DNA of 63,875 bases, the filler included, from Octopus bimaculoides (Eukaryota): NCBI RefSeq assembly GCF_001194135.2. It is 7 parts of 6 records of this genome, joined end to end, with 100 filler letters (N's around TTAATTAATTAA, not from the genome) between each part and the next. Parts side by side here need not be neighbours in the genome. Positions count along the whole stretch, not along the records: positions 47,193 to 56,526 come from NC_068999.1; positions 56,627 to 61,892 come from NW_026348194.1; positions 61,993 to 63,875 come from NW_026424436.1; 4 more parts are not named here. One strand, written 5' to 3'. Positions within the stretch are counted from its first letter, which is position 1, and every line of letters starts with the position of its first letter. Position numbers and translations under genes: made by a program. This document shows, one piece after another, positions 55,960-63,875 of the stretch. The notes beneath the pieces are model-generated. The model was not told the DNA's origin. It worked only from the letters and a program-made list of their open reading frames with translations, and made no database searches.

Positions 55960-56220
55960 TGAGAACTTTGTGTGGGCGTCTGAGCGGGTATCTCAAAGAA
56001 TTTGGCAAAATTTGAAGCAGATTCTCCGCTCAACTTTCTCTGTCATGGTCGATGCGATGATCAGACGCAACACACCTTCTAAGCATTGCTGTAAACAGCG
56101 GAAGTAAGCAACGACTTTAAAACAGCGATCATGTTGAGCTTGTGCCAAGCGGTTTACTCTATGTGATTTAGATTCTTTACCATGGGAACAGTCCCGATAC
56201 TTATTGATTAGACCACGTAT
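55960..56220 (-). mobile_element. Mariner 5' end (TIR, leader and N-terminus) in the opposite orientation
   Basis: Minus strand TA|TACGTGGTCTAATCAATAAGTATCGGGACTG (mariner-type TIR), then MTEKVERRICFKFCQIL (cf. EQRICIKFC). Confidence 0.75.
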
Positions 56221-56644
56221 ACACACACACAATGTGGGTGTGTGTGTATGTATATATATATATATCAAACAATAAGCAACACGGATTTCAAAAGTGATTG
56301 CAGTACGCACGTTTCATGCTACTTCAATTTATTTAAGTAATGTGAGCATTACCTTAAATGCAATATGAAGAGCAATCTTCAGCTGCACGAAAAAATGTAG
56401 AAGAAAAGACATATTACAAATGTGGCAACATATTAAAACCAAGTGGGAGAGAGCAGAGGAAGAATATATAAGTCCATCTTGACATAACAGGGTCTATCAG
56501 GCTAGTAATTGATTCTAGACAAAAGTNNNNNNNNNNNNNNNNNNNNNNNNNNNNNNNNNNNNNNNNNNNNTTAATTAATTAANNNNNNNNNNNNNNNNNN
56601 NNNNNNNNNNNNNNNNNNNNNNNNNNATATATATATATATATAA

Positions 56645-56675
<31 letters not shown>

Positions 56676-56698
56676 CTCCTGTGCCTATACATATATAT

Positions 56699-57008
56699 AT
56701 CTGCTACTATAGCCTTGGGCCAACCAAAGCCTTGTGAGTGGATTTGGTAGACGGAAACTGAAAGAAGCCTGTCATATATATGTATATATGTGTACATATA
56801 CATACATGTGTGTGTGTTTGTCCCCCCACCATCGCTTGACAACTGATGCTGGTGTGTTTACGTCCCCCATAACTTCGCGGTTCGGCAAAAAGAGACCGAT
56901 AGAATAAGTACTAGGCTTACAAAGAACAAGTCCTGGGGTCGATTTGCTCAACTAAAGGCAGTGCTTCAGCATGGCCACAGTCAAATGACTGAAACAAGTA
57001 AAAGAGTA
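56699..57008 (+). mobile_element. SINE family B, 5'-truncated
   Basis: Reverse complement of 45236-45540, with a different internal (TA/TG) microsatellite. Confidence 0.85.
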
Positions 57009-57847
57009 TATATATATACATATATACATTTATATAATTATATTAGTAGAAAGTGATGTGTTTTCTTCATAATTATGATTTTCTTTTTTATATAATTATA
57101 GATATATATAGGTGTGAACATGTGTACCTATAAGTATATCTGGGTGTATGTGCGTTAAAATATATAGATATATACATACAAGTGTGTGATTGGGCATATG
57201 CTTGTGTCGGACTGTATGTACACAAAACTCTCTGACTAAGTATATGTTTTCCTGTTTATCTTATTTTTTCCTTTTAACTTTTCTTCTTCGACCTTCTTTT
57301 TTCTCAAAAAAGCAAAAACTGATAGGGCCGTTTTATCTAAACAGGAAAGCAAGATTTCCACATTCATATTTTGAATTTTTGTGTTTCTGCAGTCTTGTTT
57401 GCATTTTATTCATTCCCTAACTAGACAACATTGCAACATTACAGCTGGCACTCAAAATCTTTAGTGAGGCACAACTTTATCTACTTATGTACCCGATGAG
57501 AGACCCAGACTACAAAATGGATCCAAAACGTTGAACAGAGTCCCACAGATAAAGTACAATGGCAGAATGGGTCGACACAAACATTGTACAGAATAAATTT
57601 TAATATCAAATCCATCTTCTCGTTACTTAATATAATTACTCCAACTGACACAGTGGAGTTCCTTAAGTATATCTAAAAACCATGCCAAAACAGATACTGG
57701 GGTCTGGTGCAGTCTTCTGCCTGGCCAACTCCTGCCAAACCGTCCAACCCCTGTCAGTATTGAAGGCAGATGTTAAATGATTTTTTATTATAGTTTCAGC
57801 TTAGAGCTGCGGCCATGCTGATGCACCACCGTGTTGCTAAACTGTTA

Positions 57848-58880
57848 TTACAGGGAGCTTCTTACAATATGTGGCACTTGCTGAAGAATGGAGTTTGATT
57901 TAGCAACCCTCATTTGCACCTCCTGCCGTGATGTAGGTTCATCTGGGACTCTCGACAGGAAGAGGTCCAGCTTTGATTTAAAAACCTCTACGTCTACTTT
58001 GTGCAGGTTCCTCAGGCTCTTTGGGAGAATATTAAAAAGCTNNNNNNNNNNNNNNNNNNNNNNNNNNNNNNNNNNNNNNNNNNNNNNNNNNNNNNNNNNN
58101 NNNNNNNNNNNNNNNNNNNNNNNNNNNNNNNNNNNNNNNNNNNNNNNNNNNNNNNNNNNNNNNNNNNNNNNNNNNNNNNNNNNNNNNNNNNNNNNNNNNN
58201 NNNNNNNNNNNNNNNNNNNNNNNNNNNNNNNNNNNNNNNNNNNNNNNNNNNNNNNNNNNNNNNNNNNNNNNNNNNNNNNNNNNNNNNNNNNNNNNNNNNN
58301 NNNNNNNNNNNNNNNNNNNNNNNNNNNNNNNNNNNNNNNNNNNNNNTGTTTCAGCCTTTCCCAGTAGCTGAGCAGTTGCAAAGAGACAATCTTCTTTGTG
58401 AATCTTCTCTGGATTGCTTCAAGGTCTGCTGTTAATTTCACATTGCTGGGTGACCACAGCTGTGAGCAGTAATCCAGGCGGCTGAGGACGAATGTTCTCC
58501 AGAGGATCATCATGGTTTCCTTATCTCTGGTTCTGAATGTTCTCAGGATCCATCCAGCCAACCGTCTGCACTTTGTTGCCATCCTGGTAATGTGCACTTG
58601 GAAAGAGGTATCATCACTCATGTCGATACCCAGGTCTCTCACTGATTTAGGCTCTGGGATTGAAATTCCTTGCAGACCAGTGTACTCTGTAAGTTTCATA
58701 TTGAGTTTTGGGCGTTGGTAGCGCAGGGCTTGGAATTTTTCAGCATTAAACTGCATATTATTACCCTTAGCCCATCTGTAAACTGAGTCCAACTCCTGCT
58801 GCAGGTGTGCAAAATCACTGGAGTTCTGTATTTTCTGCGAGACTTTTGTATCGTCTGCGTAGCTTGCAAGAGTGGCTATA
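57848..58880 (-). mobile_element. CR1/L2-group LINE 3' part (RT C-terminal half), 5'-truncated and gapped
   Basis: Stop-free ASYADDTKV..LQQELDSVYRWAKGNNMQFNAEKF..RDLG..SRLDYCSQLWSP..LEAIQRRFTK..YWERLK; stop at 57848; apparently young. Confidence 0.9.
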
Positions 58881-58901
58881 TGATGATATATATATATATA
58901 T

Positions 58902-59205
58902 AAATTATAATACAGGGTATCTAAGAGATACTGCCATGCTGAAAAATAGCAGTCAAATCCTGACTCTAAACCACAATAAATGTCCACATAGCACAAGGAT
59001 TTCTGGCTTTGCATAAATAATGCAAAGCATTATTTATGCAAAACCAGAAATCCAGGATCTGGAATTATCTTGTTATTTTTACTGGTTTATTTTGTTTTCG
59101 TCTTCGCTCCTTGTGCTATGTGGACATTTATTGTGGTTTAGAGTCAGGATTTGACTGCTATTTTTCAGCGTGGCGGTATCTCTTAGATACCCTGTATTAT
59201 AATTT
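58902..59205. mobile_element. Foldback/MITE with 98-bp outer inverted repeats and an inner 27-bp hairpin
   Basis: 58902-58999 vs 59108-59205 are 96/98 identical in inverted orientation; 58997-59053 is a 27-bp stem (1 mismatch) with an AAA loop; ends TA|CAGGGT..ACCCTG|TA. Confidence 0.85.
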
Positions 59206-60124
59206 TAAATAATTATTACCTTTGATGGTTTTTATTCCCATGCTGGCCACTTGATAAAATCAATATTTTAAATATCGATCTTATCCTTATTTATATAAAT
59301 TTGTTTTGTCAGTGTATTTACTGCGCTGATATTCTGTCCGTATCGCACAAGGAGTTTTTAGGCGGACTATTTAAGCTAGTCGTGTACATACGTGCATATA
59401 TATGTNNNNNNNNNNNNNNNNNNNNNNNNNNNNNNNNNNNNNNNNNNNNNNNNNNNNNNNNNNNNNNNNNNNNNNNNNNNNNNNNNNNNNNNNNNNNNNN
59501 NNNNNNNNNNNNNNNNNNNNNNNNNNNNNNNNNNNNNNNNNNNNNNNNNNNNNNNNNNNNNNNNNNNNNNNNNNNNNNNNNNNNNNNNNNNNNNNNNNNN
59601 NNNNNNNNNNNNNNNNNNNNNNNNNNNNNNNNNNNNNNNNNNNNNNNNNNNNNNNNNNNNNNNNNNNNNNNNNNNNNNNNNNNNNNNNNNNNNNNNNNNN
59701 NNNNNNNNNNNNNNNNNNNNNNNNNNNNNNNNNNNNNNNNNNNNNNNNNNNNNNNNNNNNNNNNNNNNNNNNNNNNNNNNNNNNNNNNNNNNNNNNNNNN
59801 NNNNNNNNNNNNNNNNNNNNNNNNNNNNNNNNNNNNNNNNNNNNNNNNNNNNNNNNNNNNNNNNNNNNNNNNNNNNNNNNNNNNNNNNNNNNNNNNNNNN
59901 NNNNNNNNNNNNNNNNNNNNNNNNNNNNNNNNNNNNNNNNNNNNNNNNNNNNNNNNNNNNNNNNNNNNNNNNNNNNNNNNNNNNNNNNNNNNNNNNNNNN
60001 NNNNNNNNNNNNNNNNNNNNNNNNNNNNNNNNNNNNNNNNNNNNNNNNNNNNNNNNNNNNNNNNNNNNNNNNNNNNNNNNNNNNNNNNNNNNNNNNNNNN
60101 NNNNNNNNNNNNNNNNNNNNNNNN

Positions 60125-60360
60125 TGTGCGGGTGGCACATAAAAGACACCATTTCGAGCGTGGCCGTTTTCGTGCGGGTGACACGTAAAAGCACCCACTA
60201 CACTCTCAGAGTGGTTGGCGTTAGGAAGGGCATCCAGCTGTAGAAACTCTGCCAAATTAGATTGGAGCCTGGTGTTGCCATCCGGTTTCACCAGTCCTCA
60301 GTCAAATCGTCCAACCCATGCTAGCATGGAAAGCGGACGTTAAACGATGATGATGATGAT
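60125..60360 (+). mobile_element. RTE-type 3' UTR / SINE tail ending in (GAT)n
   Basis: Highly similar to 62514-62760; the 5' part is lost in the gap. Confidence 0.85.
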
Positions 60361-60394
60361 ATATATATATATAGACACACATGCACATACACAA

Positions 60395-60485
60395 TAGGCT
60401 TCTTTCAGTTTCCATCTGCCAAATCCACTCAAAAGGCTTTAGTCAGCCCAAGGCTACAGTAGACACTTGTTGAAGGTGCCGTGCA
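60395..60485 (-). mobile_element. SINE family B fragment
   Basis: GGCTTCTTTCAGTTTCC..CCAAATCC..AAGGCTTT..GCCCAAGGCT matches 45464-45540. Confidence 0.75.
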
Positions 60486-61672
60486 CAAAGCCACACCCGT
60501 ACCTATACATATACATATATACACACACACATATATATATATACAGAGAGAGAGAGAGAGAGAGAGATTTTACTTTAAAATTTGATTTAAACTAATTATT
60601 TGCAGGAAACTCTTTGGGGCATATATTTTATACTAACCAATGAGATACACTTAGAAGGTTATATAAGTAGACATACTGTTTTCGCATTAAGAATGATTAA
60701 GGAAGAGAAAGTAGATTGTGATAAGTATCCAACTTTCAGATGATAATGTTACATAAATTATACACCATACATAAAATGACCAACACCAAATTTTCTGTCG
60801 AACTCCATGGTCCTTTTCTTCTAGGATTCACATTTATCACAATATCCTATGATATCATTAACTCATACCTCTTCTACTATTAATTCACTGATTGAGTTTG
60901 CAAACTCAGTATTACAAAATCTTTTACAATGGTAACCAAATTCTCAGTAATTCTGTTTTGAACTAGAACATGGACCATGAACTTACTTTTTTAGTCATAT
61001 CATTACAACTTCCAACGCCTATTTAAAACCTAGCATCACAAAATTAACAAAGGAACCTCTACATGGCATTCTCTGATTGCTAGAAATAACAGTCAAATTC
61101 TCTTCGAATTACACTACTGCCTTTAAAAGAGAACACTGGGTAACATAGTTCTACATGCATTAGACCTAAAAATATAAGATGATCGTGGCTGAGCTAACAA
61201 ATAACATTCGATCATGAATAATCCCAGTCCCATAAAGTTTGTGAAGAAGCACGACCACAAATGAAAATAATTCAATGAGGAAACCTTCTAATCTTGGTAG
61301 AAAAAGCAACCAAATTTCCCATAAATCCGACCATATAAAAAAAAACGAAATGACATATAAGATAAAATAACACTAGATATATTATGTCAAAGAGACAGTG
61401 GTTACTGGTGAAACTCCCTTGATCATACATTTGCTTTATGAGGTTTACCAAAACTGAATTTCTGTAAATTCTATGTATTTTGAGATTTTACTGAGAAAAA
61501 TCTCAATCCTATTTTTACTTGCACTTTTTCTAGATCCAGAAAATCACCAAAGTAACAAGCACAGACTGGTTAATAGTGGTGTGACATGCCACTTTTATCA
61601 CTGAGTTTTCAAGACCCAGTCAGGATTAAAGAACATGTTTCAAGATATGCAGAATATATGTGTGTGTGTAAG

Positions 61673-61712
<40 letters not shown>

Positions 61713-61857
61713 TGAATGGGAACATGAAACTCTGAGTAGCAGTTTTTGTGATATTTTGTGATGTTTTTGCAGCTTTAATAATAAAGCATATTACCTCTGC
61801 CTCTGGTATCCGAGTACTATTTTTTCTCACCTTGTTTCACATTTATGTGCTTACTCT

Positions 61858-61892
<35 letters not shown>

Positions 61893-61992
61893 NNNNNNNN
61901 NNNNNNNNNNNNNNNNNNNNNNNNNNNNNNNNNNNNTTAATTAATTAANNNNNNNNNNNNNNNNNNNNNNNNNNNNNNNNNNNNNNNNNNNN

Positions 61993-62763
61993 TGGCGAGA
62001 ATGGATGAGGATAGCTGTGTGAAAAAGTGCCATACCCTAGCAATTTAGGGAACCTGTGGAAGAGGTAGGCCCAAGAAGACCTGGGATGAGGTGGTGAAGC
62101 ACGACCTTCAAACATTGGGCCTCACCGACGTGATGACTTCTGACCGAGACCTTTAGAAATATGTTGTGCGTGACTTCTCACGCAAGCCAAGTAAGACCTA
62201 AATCCAAGGCCTCTACCCGGGGTGTAGTCAACCCACTTATGCGTACCTTTCCTTCATTGGACACTAAACTCCGCTTGCGAAGACCTGTTGAGGTAAGTGA
62301 AATCGAAATCGAACTAAATTCCACGACTGCCACCCATGCCAACGTCGTCTCCTTCATTGGACATGAAACTCGGCTTGCAAAGACCTGTTGGGGCAAGCAA
62401 AAGCGAAATCATGATGGCACCTGTGCCCAGCGTCGCCTTCCTGGCACTTGTGCCATTGGCACGTGTAAAGACATTCAAGCGAGATCGTTGCCAGTGCCGC
62501 CGGACTGGCTCCTGTGCAGGTGGCACATAAAATAAACCATTTTGAGGGTGGCCATTGCCAGTACCACTTGACTGGCCTTCGTGCCGGTGGCACGTAAAAG
62601 CACCCACTACACTCTTGAAGTGGTTGGCGTTAGGAAGGGCATCCAGCTGTAGAAACTCTGCCAAATCAGATTGGAGCCTAGTGTAGCCATCTGGTTCACC
62701 AGTCCTCAGTCAGATCGTCCAACCCATGGAAAGCGGACGTTAAATGATGATGATGGTGATGAT
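61993..62763 (+). mobile_element. RTE-clade LINE 3' end with a long modular 3' UTR and (GAT)n tail
   Basis: ARMDEDSCVKKC..GTCGRGRPKKTWDEVVKHDL..DRDL (RTE C-terminus R.RGRP+KTW...+..D+), then ~600-bp UTR ending GGACGTTAAATGATGATGAT. Confidence 0.85.
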
Positions 62764-63022
62764 ACATATATGTGTGTATGTATGTGTATGTATAAATGTA
62801 TGTATCTATGTATAAATGGATATGTATGTACCCATCTGTGAATAGATGTATTTAGGTGATTTTACGTGTGTGTGTTTGTGTGCCTTTCTACATACACAAA
62901 TGTACATAGTGGTATAAATGCTAGGGTGAAAGTATACATATATAGTGGGAGTAGGTAAATACGTACATATGTGTGTATGTATATGTGTACATATAAGAGT
63001 ATGTTGTATGTGTGTGTGTGTG

Positions 63023-63077
<55 letters not shown>

Positions 63078-63361
63078 TATGGGTGGCTAATTTGCAATTT
63101 TACAACCTGAAGGCAGAAATATATCTGTCACTAAAGTTTAAGAAATCAGTGTATTATTTCAACAGAGGTCTTATAAGCTGACAAGGCAATGTGAGTTTAA
63201 ACCTAGGTGTGATGAGAGCCACTAATGAGCATTAAAATACGTTAAGCATCAAAATGCGAAATTATCAGTAATCTGGCTATATCTACAACTATAGAGAGCT
63301 TGTCTCTCTTGTCAATTTATTAAGTTAGTGCTTCTGTGGCTATTGAGTTGTTTTTTACTCT

Positions 63362-63875
63362 TACTAGCAGTATAGCCCGGCGCTGCCCGGGATTAGGCTA
63401 GGATTATTAAGTGATCAAGTGCTTTATTTCAAACCAAAATAAGTAACATCGCCATCAGTTTTCAGCAAAATCTGTTGAAATTGGTTTGGCTGAAAATGGT
63501 TTGCTGGTTTCCCATAAGGAATCAGTTTATTGGTTATTTCCACTCATTGACTGTTTTTTTTTAAAGTTGCATTAGAGATCTGCATAGGAGAAGGTTGATC
63601 TGAAGGTATGCATTGGGGATCTGGATTGGAGTAACTTAGGAAAACTTACCAACAGCCTTAACCAAAAAATAAGGGGCCTGTCCCTTCTAGGTTAACTCTA
63701 ACCCTAACCCTGACCCTAAAACTGTAACCCTGACCCTAAAACCGTAACCCTAACACCGACCCTAATCCTAATCCTAACCCTAGCACTAACCTTAACCCTA
63801 ACCCTAATCCTAACCATAAAACCCTAACCTTAACCGTAACACCCTAGTGGAAATCGTGCGGGTGTTAATCTGAAA
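63362..63875 (+). mobile_element. Helitron-like non-autonomous element 5' part, running off the window
   Basis: Starts TACTAGCAG..CCCGGCGCTGCCCGG, resembling the starts of non-autonomous Helitron-like elements (recalled); contains the TAACCC-like array. Confidence 0.4.
63698..63846 (+). repeat. Degenerate telomere-like (TAACCC)n array
   Basis: TAACCC, TGACCC, TAATCC, TAACCT and TAAAACC variants, followed by non-telomeric sequence. Confidence 0.85.

Noticed and set aside
45236-57008. Inverted SINE-B pair as a dsRNA/ADAR substrate
   Set aside because: The copies are separated by two artificial spacers and >11 kb, so relative orientation and co-transcription are unverified.
63698-63846. True telomere
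   Set aside because: The array is short and degenerate and is followed by non-telomeric sequence.
197-63875. Dozens of ORFs rich in YI/HT/CV dipeptides, homopolymers or X runs
   Set aside because: They are translations of di- and trinucleotide microsatellites and N gaps, not genes.
1-63875. CRISPR arrays, rRNA, bona fide tRNA genes or prokaryotic operons
   Set aside because: No repeat-spacer arrays were seen; tRNA-like boxes occur only as SINE heads; the composition is eukaryotic repeat-rich DNA.

Overview
AT-rich, microsatellite-dense eukaryotic non-coding DNA from a gapped draft assembly. The repeat families look like those of Octopus (inference from recalled repeat sequences, no search run). 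Six artificial 100-bp spacers (44N-TTAATTAATTAA-44N) divide the window into seven segments whose true adjacency is unproven. No host protein-coding gene can be called with confidence: nearly all ORFs in the track are microsatellite or gap artefacts, and the protein-like ones are transposon remnants. These include RTE, CR1/L2, Tx1-like, R4/Dong-like and HERO-like LINE fragments, mariner and maT DNA-transposon fragments, tRNA-derived SINEs, MITE/foldback structures and a Helitron-like end with telomere-like repeats. The most notable points are (i) several non-LTR elements sitting in specific microsatellites, including a young Tx1-like copy in (TATC)n with a 16-bp TSD, (ii) a near-perfect foldback element with a microhomology-type deletion in one arm, and (iii) hammerhead-like motifs in retroelement ends. 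I found no clearly new biological system.
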